From contig JBEUKZ010000054.1 in the NCBI GenBank assembly GCA_048128005.1, forward strand, positions 1 through 64,000: a stretch of DNA of 64,000 nt, in the 5' to 3' direction. The stretch comes from Veleropilina oligotropha (lineage: Eukaryota). The notes under the pieces were generated by a model. The model worked only from the letters and a program-made list of their open reading frames with translations. It did no database searches and had not been told where the DNA came from. The position numbers and the translations under genes were made by a program. Numbering within the stretch: the first letter of the stretch is position 1; every line of letters starts with the position of its first letter. Below, in pieces: positions 11,791 through 25,795 of the stretch.

Positions 11791-12497
11791 TTACACAACG
11801 GCTCTTTTGTTTTAACGAGGTTGGTATTCAGCGTGAACACCTTGTTTGCAATGACGATTCAAAAGTAGGGTGGTATAGCCATACCAACCTACTTTTCACT
11901 CTATACCGACCTGCGTCCGTGCAAGACGGCTAAAGCTAATCACAAGCTAAATTGACAACAAAGGAGCTATAATTGGCCGTTGTGTAAGTCGGTTACAAAC
12001 CTCGTTAGTCGGTATTCATCTATTTGAAAGACCTGCTTCCGAGCTGTAACACCTCGACCGCTCCGCGGTCTCGGTGTCACGATCCGCACGGGCGCAGGTC
12101 TTTCAAATCGATGAATACCTCAAACTCGGTTAGTAACCTATACTTACACAACGGCTCTTTTGTTTTAAAGAGGTTGGTATTCAGCGTGAACACCTTGTTT
12201 TCAATGACGATTCAAAAGTAGGGTGGTATAGCCATACCAACCTACTTTTCACTCTATACCGACCTGCGTCCGTGCAAGACGGCTAAAGCTGATCACAAGC
12301 TAAATTGACAACAAAGGAGCTATAATTGGCCGCTGTGTAAGTCGGTTACAAACCTCGTTAGTCGGTATTCATCTATTTGAAAGACCTGCTTCCGTGCTGT
12401 AACACCTCGACCGCTCCGCGGTCTCGGTGTCACGATCCGCACGGGCGCAGTTCTTTCAAATCGATGAATACCTCCTACTCGGTTAGTAACCTATACT
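11791..12497. repeat. Tandem duplication of a ~353-bp unit containing a long imperfect hairpin
   Basis: Units start at 11791 and 12144 (ttacacaacggc) and are nearly identical. Each contains ggtattcatc.atttgaaagacctgc...gcag(g/t)tctttcaaat.gatgaatacc. Confidence 0.92.
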
Positions 12498-13096
12498 TAT
12501 GCCATAGCATTATGCCTTCCGTTTCCAAGTAGCACACAGATTTATTATTACCTGTAGTAGTAGGCCTAAGATGGCATTGTTTCAGTTTGGCCTACATAAC
12601 ATGGCCCACTGGCCCATCTCTTACTCAAGATTTTGTGTTTGTGAATGTCTTGAGTAAATTGATTATGCAATAATTTTATTTACACCTGTGCTAATGACTT
12701 GACACATAATGAGATTAACTTAATTTGTAGGCTACCAGGTGATTTACGGTTGTGTCAACAATCGTAAATAAACAGCCAATCCAGGTTATAAATAATTGCT
12801 AGTCCTTTATTTGAGCACCTACACGTCATTTCATGAAATAATATCGGCGCAACAGTACATTTATTCATCCGGTATACGCAATATACAATTAAACATCATT
12901 GTGCCGAACTATTATAACTCGAATAACGAGTTTTGTTGATGTCATGTCTTTGTTCCGGCTGAATTACTGTATAATATCTCTAAATTAAACCCTGATAAGT
13001 CGAACTTGGATAACTCAATACTCGGATGTTTCGAAGTATTATGGAAGTCTCCTGTAAATATTTCTTCATAAAGATGTCACAGGAACTACATGTAAT

Positions 13097-16000
13097 AATT
13101 AAAGCTGCGGGCAGCTGTGAGGGCTTCAATCAGATAAACGAAATAAAAAAAAGACGTAAAATATCAAAAAATAAAAAAGTTTTATTTAAAAAAAAAAAAA
13201 AAAAAAAAAAATACTAAATTTAAAAAAATATTTTTTATATTTTAAGATATACATATGGCCACTCTGAATCGAATGCCGCCAATCTTAGATTTCTACGCCG
13301 AAAGTGCTAGGGGGGGGGCCGGAAAATTTTGAAACCTAGATGCTATGAAATGCTGTTTCCGGCGTTATCAGGCTTCTAATTCATGTGACAATTAAGCAAA
13401 AAATTATGCAAAATAGATTGCATTTTTGTTAATTTGAATTTAAATTAAATAATCAGTTGTCATAAATAATCAGTGTCCAGTGGTGAGGTACTCCATCGCT
13501 CAGACTGAGGTCGTGCATAATTAAGACCATTTTTCTTTATGATTGATGTGGTAATTATTAAACGCAACGACCTGTACGGCATCTTAGGTAGCTTACATGC
13601 AGACTGTGTGATTAATTGTCAGTACAATAGATGTTCATGACGCACACACGAACGAGCGCCGAATGCGGCAGGGCGTACCTCCACGGAAAAGTTTTTAAAT
13701 CTATAATCTCTGTAGCGTTATTGCCAATATTTTCAGGAATAAATTCATTATCCAAAATTTATAAATAGTCATTTTGCAAACGATTGTCATCAATGATCAT
13801 AATGCATAATATTGTGTCAAGTAGATACAATTGTTATAGTGCATTAATTGTAAATGCCGCTTTACTCGTGGCACACGGGACATGCTCGGCCAACTCGGAG
13901 CGCGCCCTGGGCATAACAAAATTGTCCAGAGCTCAGCTCTAGCGCGTCGCTTTCCGTTTGCGTCCATAGTTCAGCTCTAGCGCGTCCCATGTTAGAAGTG
14001 TCCCTACCGGGTAATTCGTGGCGCACTTGGAGTACACTCGTACACTTCTCGGTGAACATGGCCTGCACTCCGCGTACCCATAGATCGCCCCTAATGCACC
14101 CTGGATGGACTTGACAAAACTATTCGTTCATAGCGGTGTATTTTACATGCGTTAATATGTTGGTAAAATATTGATAATCGATTATTCGCGAACACTTCGA
14201 TAATTGACTTCATTCATTCGCTGTTATTTTCGATAAATGCAGGTTATATTAAAATGGGATAGGCCGCATAGACACCTGTCGCACATAATATGTTGCCCAC
14301 AAAATCTGCCACAGCGGACATCGCTGACTGGATCGTATGCGGCGACAGTCTTGAGTGCCTGTTTGAAATTGTTGATTTGATTGAAATACATGTGTCGATA
14401 TCGGCTTGTGTCGCCATGGTGTAAATAACAAAATTGGTATCTGCTTTACACAGGCTAGCATAAATTTCCTCAATCACGGGATAATTCGCTACTATTTGTA
14501 TTATATAATGTTATAACTCCTTCTATTGATATGTGAATGGCTATTATATATGCATTTAGCTTTTTAGTGTGTGTTGCTCTTTATAAAGAAAAATAAATTA
14601 GTCGATTACATGTTCTAATCAAACAATAATAGCGTAATGCTTGCGACTCATAAGCATAATTAAGACCATTTCACTTCATTATTGATCGGTAATTATTAAA
14701 CGCAATGACGTTGCACGGCATCTTAGGTAGCTTACATGCAGACTGTGTGACGCACACACGAACGAGCGCCGAATGCGCGAGTGCGCCAGGGCGTACCTCC
14801 ACGGAAAAGTTTTTAAATCTATTATCTTGTGCATTAACCTATGATGGAAATTAAGAAGTATCTATAATAATGAATGCGCAACTGGACTGACCAACAGAAT
14901 ATCAATGTTTTCACCATATATTAACAGTTACTGAATCATGTAGCCTTCTGTTGGCTAAATGTTTACTTAAGCCTGATAGCAGAACTTGTCAAGGGCCTTG
15001 CTGTCCACTGGACAGGGTTGGCGCGCGGCTTTATGACACCTCAAAGAGACAGGCTCATAAACTGCCTACTTCATCTGATAAGGCAATTAACACTGAGCTG
15101 GTCGCGCCGAAATGAGACGAGGAATTAAAATAGTATTTTTTAAACAATGAAAGTACTTATTGTATTCTTGTCACAATTCTCTAATATAACGATCTTTATA
15201 TAGTATATTTTATGCGAAAATCTGGAAGAAAAAGGACGATTTTTAGAGGCGCTATGAAGCAATATTCATCTAAAAAAACTAAGTCTAATAACTCTCAAGC
15301 AACTCATTTTAGCGATGTATTCTATAGATATTACATTAGATATTTTCGATACGAATAAAATGAATTGCGTCACGTTTCATATAAATGAAAATTAAAGAAG
15401 TTACAGTCAATTTAATATTAAATTTAATGTCTTCATAACTCCTTTTTAATTTGTCTCACAAAGTATTCCATTAGAACAACATATACCGATATAATGCTTT
15501 GTCAAAACTACCAAGTGTCGATAAGATCACGCTACTCAGTTCTGAGAAAAGCGCATTTTAATGTTTTCAAAAAATCAAAGATTGCGACGAAACCATGGCA
15601 TTTATTGGCTAAAATTTTGCGGCAAACATTACTTGATATCGATGCGCACTCACCCTGGAAGATTGGAAAGATTTCGTGGAGTGCATTGAAAGATACTGCA
15701 GAAATGAAAAATTGAAAAAACTTCAAAATTTTGTCAAGATTAGGACGCCCGTAGCGATCTTAGCATTGAAAAAATGAAAATTCCATTTCCAGGAGATTGT
15801 TGTCTCAATAGTCTAGATCATGCCTTTGAAGATTTTGTCTCGATCTCGAAAGCCGTGTAAGACTTATATCGTTTTTGAAAAGAGGTCATATGTTTTTAAA
15901 AAATTGAAGATTACGACCAAAGCATAAAATCCCGAAACTTGAAAATAGAACGAGGCAATGCTTCAATGATGTGCCCAAGCACACATGAATTTTGAAAGCT

Positions 16001-16112
16001 GTAGCTATAGCCGTTTTCGCGCTAAAGTGCCCACAAAAAAACGTCAGAATAAGAATAATAACCGGTACAATTTCAATAGGGCTTCAAGATTGAAAGATCT
16101 TGAAGCCCTAAT
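13097..16112. mobile_element. ~3-kb composite Helentron/HINE-like element, family A
   Basis: Subterminal agggcttcaa at 13120-13129 pairs with the terminal hairpin tagggcttcaagat-tgaaag-atcttgaagcccta (16077-16110). An internal duplication occurs at ~13515-13702 vs ~14655-14821. Confidence 0.6.
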
Positions 16113-18726
16113 TATAATACGAGACACCATTCGTTGTGTTAGGTTCGGAACACTTTGCATGATTTAATTCCATGTCAATCACGAGCGCGCCGAACAATTG
16201 ATCTTTATTACATTAAATTGCTGAATAAACAACATAGAACGGCGAGCATGGAGTCGCACGCAACAGAAGACGCACGACTGAGTGTGTACAGCTTTCACAG
16301 GCACTTGGCGAATCTGCCGGTTTGTGAATCACCAGGCTGTAAAAGGAATGAAAGTTGGCATCATTTAAATTTTTAATACGCCCATGCTCGTCGGTGATGG
16401 AATTTTCCGTTGTGATGACACATTTTTCGTTATCACAGGGTAGTCTGTATGTTTTGTTACCCGCTGATATGACTTTATGTATTTGACAGTGTAGTTAAAT
16501 TTATAAATCCAGGCAATATTAACTGTATAGATAGACGTATATAGTCCCAACCAATATTCGAACCCATTACTGTTCGTGTCAGTGGAATCAAGTTGACCAG
16601 TGATTTCAGAGTTTGTAAACCAAATCACACGACTGTTGGAGAAGCCGGACTCATTCAAAGTTATTATGCATCAAAAGTGGTTTAATATTCATTGCATAAT
16701 GAAAAGTTACGGAATAGACATGTAAACCACCTTTTTGGAGACACAAAATTATTATTATTTGTTGTGCGAAATGATACTGCAATAAGCCGTACTAATTTGC
16801 GTAATGGTAGAGCGAAATGCTTCTATCAACAGTTACTGGTCTGTTGTGTTGCATCTCTTCTTGAACAAACATTCCTTAATAATGTCTAGGGACTTATAAA
16901 TAGTTTATGTTGCATAAAAATAAAGATTCGTTTTAACATGTTGCAAGTTACATTTAGTTTGTTTAATTTGAGCCGCTTAGGCACATTTTTAGCACATTTG
17001 AATTATCAAAAAGATATTTAAGATTTGAAGTTGTAAAATAAGCATATCTTATGTAAGCGAACTCGGCACAGTCAGGCAAGGTGCGCTTGAATGCGAGTTG
17101 CTCATCGCAAGAGATGGGTGCTGTGTTACACAGCGGGGGAGATGATGTTACCCAGATCGGACTCCAAGAACTGGCGGAACGCCCGTCACCGCGTAACAGT
17201 GTTAATGGGATAAATATATAGTTCTGTAGTCTGCAATTGTTTGTCATATGTTCGGAGAACAACAATAGGAGGTTAATGGTCTTCATCATTCGTGTCGTCT
17301 AGTGTCCTATAGAGTATCTACAGTTCGCTGGCTTTAAAGCCATTTCCAGCTAACTGTATACTCGGTTCTACATAAGTTATTCAGCTGACTCGGTCATTCC
17401 GACATCAAGGACCGTTGTGTTATCCATGACGGAATGCGGTGGTATGCGATAATATCCCCGTGACAAGACACTATCCGCTGGAGTCGCTACGTTTACATCT
17501 CGCTACAGTATCACAAGGCATTTGTGGATTCTGGACAATTCATTTATATATGTCCTCGACATAGTACAAAACACATCGATACATCCATGTCGATAAAGTC
17601 AATAGTAGCGTAGATATAAGTTCTAACTAAACATAGTTACATATTTACAAATGAGCCCCACACAGTTATACGTGCACCCTAGGATGTTGGCTAGGTAAGG
17701 ACTGCCGCACATCGGCCCGCACAGGCACCAAACCGACTTCCCCCACCCTCGTCTCAACCAATCGGATCTCGTGCTTTGGTTTTGCCTAGCTATTCCCGTC
17801 CACTATTTCATCAAAAATACACGCATCTTGACACGGAGTAACGAATTGACCCTTATGACCTTATGTCTCATAACCACAGAATACGGGCGTCATTCCTTTT
17901 GAACTCGGAACTAAACATCATTAATCTCTTTCAGTTATATCAATATGCCAGAATTACGTGACGTCAACAGCTACTATCAGGCGACTAGATGTCATTAACA
18001 ATATACACACAATTATCTTAGATCACAGGTCAAGATTAATCAATGTTGGCAGGAGTGCTCGGTGCGATGTCATTATAGTGCTTTGACTCAATATTAAAAC
18101 TTATGCAATAGTACAATAGTAATTAACTATAATAAAGATCTACTCATTAAGTACATTTAGGCATCATATTGTAACAACTGGTGGATCTTTTCCCTTCAGT
18201 AAAAATTCGTTATTCGAGAATGTCCCATTCGAATTCGTCGTTCGAATCGGGATTTGACCTCTAAATATGTGAAGCCAATATTGGGTTTAAATTGGAATAG
18301 TTCTTTATGAATCTGATTTTGAATTTTGAAATAAATTTCGAATGTATACGATAAAATGGCAGGTTTAAAATTAGTATATATACAGTTTGTAAATGATATT
18401 TAATATCTTTTTCTAATTCTGTTTTAGCAACTGCATCTGATCTATTTTTCCAGTGATGCCCACATGACTTGCTACCCAACAAACAAAAATATAATGATCA
18501 GTGATACTGTCCTTTAGTTCGATAATTTTCAAAATGTAAGTGACTGACGCAACTTCCTTGAATTAATTGAATAATAAAGTCTGCCATATGTATTTTGTGT
18601 TAATGAAACGTTCACATGTTGCTATTGACAATCGCAGGGGCATAATATGAATCGATACATGAATATGCGATAAATCGCAGCGCACCATAATATACCCAAG
18701 GGTGGTTGTTTCGTACCTTGATAGTA

Positions 18727-19266
18727 TTTTTTACCTGCGTCTAGCAGGGTCAATGAATGGTACATGTAAGTTGGTGTTGTTGTTCTTGTTGTTGTTGTTG
18801 TTGTTCTTCTTGGGGGGAAGACAATTTTGAAATGATTTCAACCAGATCTTCCACCTTTTAGGCGACTTCGACAACAAGCCAATTTGAAAAAAGTGCATGA
18901 CCACTTGATGTATGAATTGAGAGATGCTGCCTAACAGAATATCAAATTACCATGACAGCCTCTTTGATGAATAAATATTAAATCATACAGAAACGTGGTC
19001 TGTATTATATGTATCACACATGTTTCACAGTAGTAAAAGAGGTATAACAGTTAAACATTTTAAGATTTTGCATACTTTATTAAATTATAAATAATCAACT
19101 TTATTATAGTTAACTAAGTCTGTCAAAGGGGCGTAACTATTGAAAACCAATTTGTGAATTCTATGAAATCATACAGAAACATGGTCTGTATTATATGTAT
19201 CACACATGTTTCACAGTATAAATTTTGCTTATGACGCAGGTTATTGCACACATTCTGTGCTTGTTA
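18727..19266 (+). mobile_element. HINE/DINE-1-like element
   Basis: Subterminal IR acctgcgtc / gacgcaggt, a (GTT)n microsatellite, an internal repeat (aaatcatacagaaac...) and a small 3' stem-loop. Confidence 0.6.
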
Positions 19267-20686
19267 TACAATGTGAACCTTACCATATACAATGTCTCTC
19301 CAGCATGTGGGCACACTATATGTCAACAAGTTACTTATATACCATAAGCGCTTGCCTGCCAATGATTATTATGTCAATGTGTCAAGGCCAATTTATTTTT
19401 GTGTATTTACTTTCTGTCTCTGATAATTTTTGTAATTTTCGAAAAAAAAATGACCATAACTCTTATTCTGCTTTGACAAGACTGTTAAAACTTCGCAGAC
19501 GTATTAGTACATGTATATGCTAAGTTACGTTTGCTAAATTAAATTTAAAAAAATCATTTTAATTATCGAAAAAATGTATTTTTTTTTAACTTTTTGCAAA
19601 AAAAATAAATTTCCGGAAAATTTAAATTTCTGAATTTTTTATAATTTGCCATAACTCTTATTCTGCTTTGACTAGACTGTTCAAACTTCGCAGACGTATT
19701 AGTGCATATGCAAAGTTACGTTTTCTCTGCCTTCATGCTTCACTTTAGACATCTTATATCGAAAATAATGAATTCCGCACGATCAGCTTGAAGCTCCTTT
19801 GCAGCTTTAATTTGTCCAGTCAATCTACGGTTTGACCTAGAACTAATTGCAACAGAAACAATTCCTATTGTAATACACCCAGAATACATATAAAATAAAC
19901 ATACTAAAAATCTAGGAAAATCTAATTAGGGGAACATATGCAATTTTGCGATTAAAAATGTGTAAAAATGTGTTGTAATCCAGTTCGAGTAATGGCCACC
20001 GTAATCGCAAAGGGAGGTAAATCCTGACCATCGGAAAGGCGACCAACTTTGTTTACAACTAGTCGCTTCGCTGAGTAAATGTTATATAACTGTTTCTGTA
20101 TAGCAAATAGTGGCATATATAATTATGCAATAAGAATTTATTACATAAACTATACATGACATGAAATAAAAATGCGTTTTGTACATTTGTGTGCTACATT
20201 AGAACCACGCACATGACGTATATATATGCGTGTCTGCTATCGTGGGTTGCGTATACATGCTTCGATACTTCAAATTAAATATATCATATGCAATATGATA
20301 ACTTCTAAGTGCTGTTATTAGCTTAAAAATGTCCATTGACTGTGTGCTATAATTTTGTTAAGTAAGAAATATTATTTAATTCAAGTATAAGAACTGTGTA
20401 GTAATAAAACTACGGAAACCCATAGTTGCCAAATAAAAACGGGTAGTAATACAACATGCCAAGTAAGTAAGTATTTTATTTTTGTCTCCATATATTGTAC
20501 ATATATAATAAAGAATTTAATAATTTAATAAAATGAATAGAATAAAGTATTGTACAAGAAAGGAAATAAATTATGTCACTTGAGTTATGCCTATGTCACA
20601 AATACACCGGTCGCCGTACGATGGGGGAAAATCGTATAGAATAAAGTATTGTACAAGAAAGGAAATAAATTATGTCACTTGAGTTA

Positions 20687-22729
20687 TGCCTATATCACAA
20701 ATACACCGGTCGCCGTACGATGGGGGAAAATCGTACGGCGTCTCAGCTTCTCCGACATCGGGGAAGAATCGTAGGTTTCTGGCAACAATCTGTGCAATGG
20801 TCACATTAGATACGGTACCCGTACAGGCTAACACAAATCGTGCGGACATCGTAAGGTAACATGACAATTTCCGTAAGGTTACATTGCGACCTCCGCAAGG
20901 TCACCTTACGACGTCCGCATTTTGACTCTACATCGAAGGGATGCCGTGCGTAGGATGCCCTACGGGATTCCTACGATCTCTTTAAGGCATGGTCAGACCG
21001 AACTACGACGTCGTGCGATGGGATGAGATTCTAGATATCTACGATTGTCCCCGACTCGGCTACGATATTACAATCTTAGGTTTGTGGTCACACTGGTTAG
21101 GATGGGTTTGCGACGCATCTGGGACAATTGTATGAAAATCATATGACGGTCCTACGACCATCGTACGACCGTCGTAAGACGTCGCACGACCATCGTCCAA
21201 CATCGCTGGAAGGTCTTGCGACATCATTAATTAATATTTTAAGGTAGGAGCTGATTAAAATGTCGTACAATTAGACGCGACGACGCACGACGTCGTGTGC
21301 TGTCACACGACGTCGTGTGACGTAGTACGACATCGCGCGATGATCCTACGATACCCACAATCCGGGGAATCGCAGCCAGGTTTTTTAACATGACCAAAAA
21401 CCGCCAAGACGTCGTGCGAGGGCCACCGATCGATGGCTGCGACGTCGTGCAACGCCGCACGATTACGCACGATTCACACCCGATGGTCCGCGATCACCCG
21501 AAATTCAGCCCTCGCAGGTGGTCGTACGACGTCTTAAGGCTGGTGTGACCGTAGCTTAAAGGTCGTTACACACCGCAGCCGACCGACAGTTTTTATCATA
21601 ACGGACCGTTTTCAACGCCGACCGTTTATTTTAGAAATCACACTTCTGAGTATAACTGTGCATACAGCGTGCGTGCGATTGAACCGGAACGGCGAAAACA
21701 GAAAATAGAAAATAAAACGGTCGCAATAAAAACGGTCGGTCGGCCGCGGTGTGTAACGACCTTTAAGGTCTTTACACACCGCAGCCGACCGACCGTTTTT
21801 ATTGCGACCGTTTTATTTTCTATTTTCTATTTTCGCCGTTCCGGTTCAATCGCACGCACGCTGTATGCACAGTTATACTCAGAAGTGTGAGTTCTAAAAT
21901 AAACGGTCGGCGTTGAAAACGGTCCGTTATGATAAAAACGGTCGGTTGGCTGCGGTGTGTAACGACCTTAAGGAGTAATGCCCATGTCACAAATACACCG
22001 GCCGCCGTGCGACGGGAGATAATCGTACGGCGTTTCAGCTTCTCCGACATCGGGGAAGAATTATAGGTTTCTGGCAAAAATCTGTGTAATGATCACATTA
22101 GACACAGTGCCCGTACGGGCTAACTCAATGTTGCGGGCATCGTAAGGTGACATTACGATTTCCGTACGGTCACTTTACGATCCCCGTAAGGTCACCTTAC
22201 GACGTTCGCATTTTGTCTCGACATCGTAAGGATGCCGCGCGGATGCCCTACGGTCTTCCTACGATCTCTTACGGAGTAAGGTACAGTATCCTTACGATAT
22301 GCCTGCGATGCTTTCCTGATTTGCAAAATCGTACGATCTTCTAAAAATTATAACTCCGCGTTAAAAGTTGCCGATGACCGTACGATTCCCCAAAATCGGA
22401 TAAAAAGTCACCGATGTCTGCAGGATGTCGCCGATGTCCGTACGACATCTTCAAAAACACAAATCGAACGGGCGCCGAATCCACTTACGATGTATTTGTG
22501 ACATAGGCATTAGGTAACCGCAAGGTATCCTTACGATATGCCTGCGACGATTTCCTGATTTTCAAAATCGCGCGATCTTAAAATTATAACTCCACGTTAA
22601 AAGTTACCGATGACCCTACGATGCCCAAAAAGTCGTCGAAAAAAAAATCATCGATGTCAGTACGACATCTTCAAAAGCACACAACGTACGGGCGCCGTAT
22701 CCGCTAACCATGTATTTGTGACATAGGCA
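20687..22729. mobile_element. Nest of five Tourist/Harbinger-like MITEs
   Basis: Outer 20687-22729 and inner 21979-22509 share the TIR tgccYatRtcacaaataca. Also 20985-21556, 21560-21762 and 21766-21968. All are bounded by TAA/TTA. Confidence 0.88.
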
Positions 22730-22764
22730 TAATTTGAAGAAAATTTCAATACTGCTGCATTCGC

Positions 22765-25700
22765 ACAATGGATGGTCCGCAATGACGCACACAGTGCAAT
22801 GTGGTGATTTCCCAGGAAAATTGTTGTTTCATTCAATGACCGACATGTATCCAATGACCTATCATGTATCCAATGACCGACTTGTATCCAATGACCTATC
22901 ATGTATCTACTCGACTCTAACATTCGTGAGACAGTAGCCCAAAATAAACATACTCATCAAATCTTTACCTTCGATCAGCGTCTCTATTGGAAGGTTTTGA
23001 TGATCATCACCAAGGAATCCCCTTCCAGTATCCTTCATTCGATTATACAGTGTCTGTGTGGATTCCATATGGTAATGATATTTCTTGGATGTATTGGCCA
23101 TCTGATACGTGGGTCAGACCTCCAAGATCTGTTTCAAGCTGTATACACGCTAACTATATCCTAAGCAGACAGTTACATTTCCTAGTAGATCCTGCATTGT
23201 ATGCGACTGTGTGGACAAATGCGTTTCGGTTTCCCATCGTCCTTACCTGTTCGGTGTTCGGTGAGGAAGATGTATTAGACACGATTATCGAAGCCCATCA
23301 AGCATATATTCGTAATTGAAGCACAGTTGAAGAGGCAATATTTGGACATGATCGATATCCTATGCCGATTCATCAAGGGAGAACGCATTGCATATTGTGG
23401 CCTTCATCTCTTACAGATGCAGATAATGTTGCCATTAATTGTTGTATGCAGACTAAGTACACTAAATCGGATTATTTGTACTTGCAAAGCGTGCAGACTT
23501 TAGAGCATGGCCACCACATCATCTCCAAGGCCATCTAAACATGACCTCGTGTCATACGTACTCGGTTCTTGGCATGATTTTCCATAGGTCTTGTCATTGA
23601 ACAGGATCTAATGAGGCATGTGGAAGCGACTAGAGATGTGAACAACACTGTGCAGGAATTCACTCAGTTGATGGATGTCGCGTAAATCACAAGGGAGCAG
23701 CACAACGAGAGTGGAAAGACAAGACTGGCGCAGGATCGGTAAGATACTAAAACTTTCCCCAACTTCATTGCGGACCGAGATCCATTCCCAGAGGTAGCAC
23801 AATTACGCAAACATTATGACCGGAATATCTTCCAATGAAAATGTGAATGCGGACAAGGTTCGTGAAATTGGGACCACCATTGCTACAGACCACGTGTTCA
23901 AATGAGGTGCCCAGGAAGTTACCCTCAGTACCAAATGGACTGTCAAAGTAGAAGGTGACACCGTCATTGTCGACTCGTAAGTGCTGTTTCAAAGTGTGTT
24001 ATAGTCATCCCATTTCGAAGCATGGCAGGACTTCCACGATCAGCACCGTAGGCAGCACTCACAGATGCGATATGGCCTGGAGATAGTTCGTCGCCGGTAT
24101 CTCCCTATGACAAAGTACACTTTGTACTCGATATCAGGTCGCTACTCAATCGCATACCTTGTACAAGAGGATCGTATTCTCCGGAATTTGCCAAAAGTAC
24201 CACCACCTCACAGTTGGTGAATGGGAGGAGATGACCTAGAAGTAGTGACAAAAGAGAAAGATTTGGGTGTATGTATTGATAATTCACTGAAACCATCAAA
24301 TCAATGTATCGAAGCAGCTAAAAAGGGAAACCAAATATTAGGAATGATAAAGCGTAATTTTACTTTTAGGTCAAAAGGCATCATAACACGTTTATACAAG
24401 CAACTGGTTAGACCACATTTAGAATATGCGGTGCAAGCATGGAATCCATACCTCTCAAAGGATATCCAACTATTGGAACAAGTACAAAGGAGAGCCACAA
24501 AATTGGTAGGTGAAATCAGAGAGTTGACATATGAGGATAGGCTCAGAAGCCTTGATCTTACAACATTAACGTTGCGTAGGATAAGAGGTGACATGATTCA
24601 AGTATTTAAAATGTTTACAGGAAAAGACAATCTTGATATTAGTTATTTTTTCCAGTTGAACCATAATAAAACAAGGGGGCATAAGTTCAAGATTTACAAA
24701 AAGAGGGTCAGGCTAGATGTTAGAAAATACTTTTTCTCAAACCGAGTTGTAGATGAGTGGAATGCCCTTCCTGTCAAGGTGGTGGAGTCCACATCAGTAA
24801 ATCAATTTAAAAATCGTTTGGATGAGCACTTTAAGAGACAGGGAAGGCTATAGATGACCGAGCTACCAAAATGGGTTTTTATATGAGTTGCAGAAATGCA
24901 CTTTCTAAACCCAAACAAATTCTATTTAAGTCTATTTAAGTTATAATGACAGATGTCAATCTGGTTCTCCTACAAGGGACGAACAGGAGAAGCAGTTGGA
25001 ACATCTGTGAATTTCATAGACATCTTGCTGTTCATGTCCTCCAAGTAAGATATTTTCCTTGCCAACGCAGACATCAAGCAGTGAATATGGTGAGCGAGAA
25101 ACTTCAGAAAAACGATAGAGGATTTGGATGTAATGATCGCTGTTGCAATTGGTAGCGCGCGATGCATCGCCCGTGCTGATCACCGATGGCACGGATCTCC
25201 TTGTTTTGTTGCTGTTGATACCGATCTGCATTCACCAGGAAGCAAATAACCTTTTCAGTATGTCCAATCAGGAACAAAGAAGATGGGTCATTCGCACATG
25301 CCATAATAGGATGCGTTGCAACCTCGCGGAAGATTGGGATTGCAAAACGAGATCCACTGAAAACGTTGCGAAGTGCCGCTCGCTACCACATCTAGGCAGT
25401 GTGCTTTTGAAAACGCTGTCATATTGGGGATGGGGGTGGGGGTGTATCAGCATGGGAGGGCACCATAGTAGGTATGTACAGTAGCGAAACTATGGATGAC
25501 ATGGACACACACTTTAGCTGGTATGTTGAGACCAGCCTGCTGCGGTATACCTGCAGGTTCAGTAGTGAATGGAACCAGAAGCAAATTTTATTAGCATAGG
25601 CATGGGTATAGTGCATCGACCAGGAAAGACTTCCTCCTGTGACGACACAATTGACAACGACACACGAACTTCTGTTGAGAGTGATCCGGTGTAACAGGAA

Positions 25701-25795
25701 AACCAATTGCGAGACAGCTGTAGGAAGTATGGGTTACAATATACAACATGTTGCGGTGAATTTAAGGCCGTTAGTTGTTCGAATGATCGAAGTAT
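22765..25795 (+). pseudogene. Academ transposase - XPG-like nuclease - Cys-rich finger pseudogene
   Basis: Ordered motifs across frameshifts: GWSAM..GDFPGK, CIYSTLTFV, TFDQRLYWK, GFHMVMIFLGCIG, VIEQDLMR, EQH, NVNADK, DGTDLLVLLL, YLQVQ, IRCN.K..C...CRKYGL..T.CCG....CSN. Confidence 0.82.
24219..24945 (+). mobile_element. CR1-clade LINE, 5'-truncated 3' end (C-terminus of ORF2 plus tail)
   Basis: ORF 24221-24853 with EKDLGV, LYKQLVRPHLEYAVQAWNP, RRIRGDMI, TRGH..K, FFSNRVV..WN.LP. Tandem tail (tctatttaag)2. Confidence 0.92.

Noticed and set aside
14244..14477. hAT dimerisation-like phrase RHSRLSPHTIQ
   Set aside because: The preceding ERxFS motif is absent and no other hAT motif is nearby.
16365..16658. 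Fibrinogen-domain-like EYWLGL
   Set aside because: Only six residues match, with no flanking FReD motifs or clear exon boundaries.
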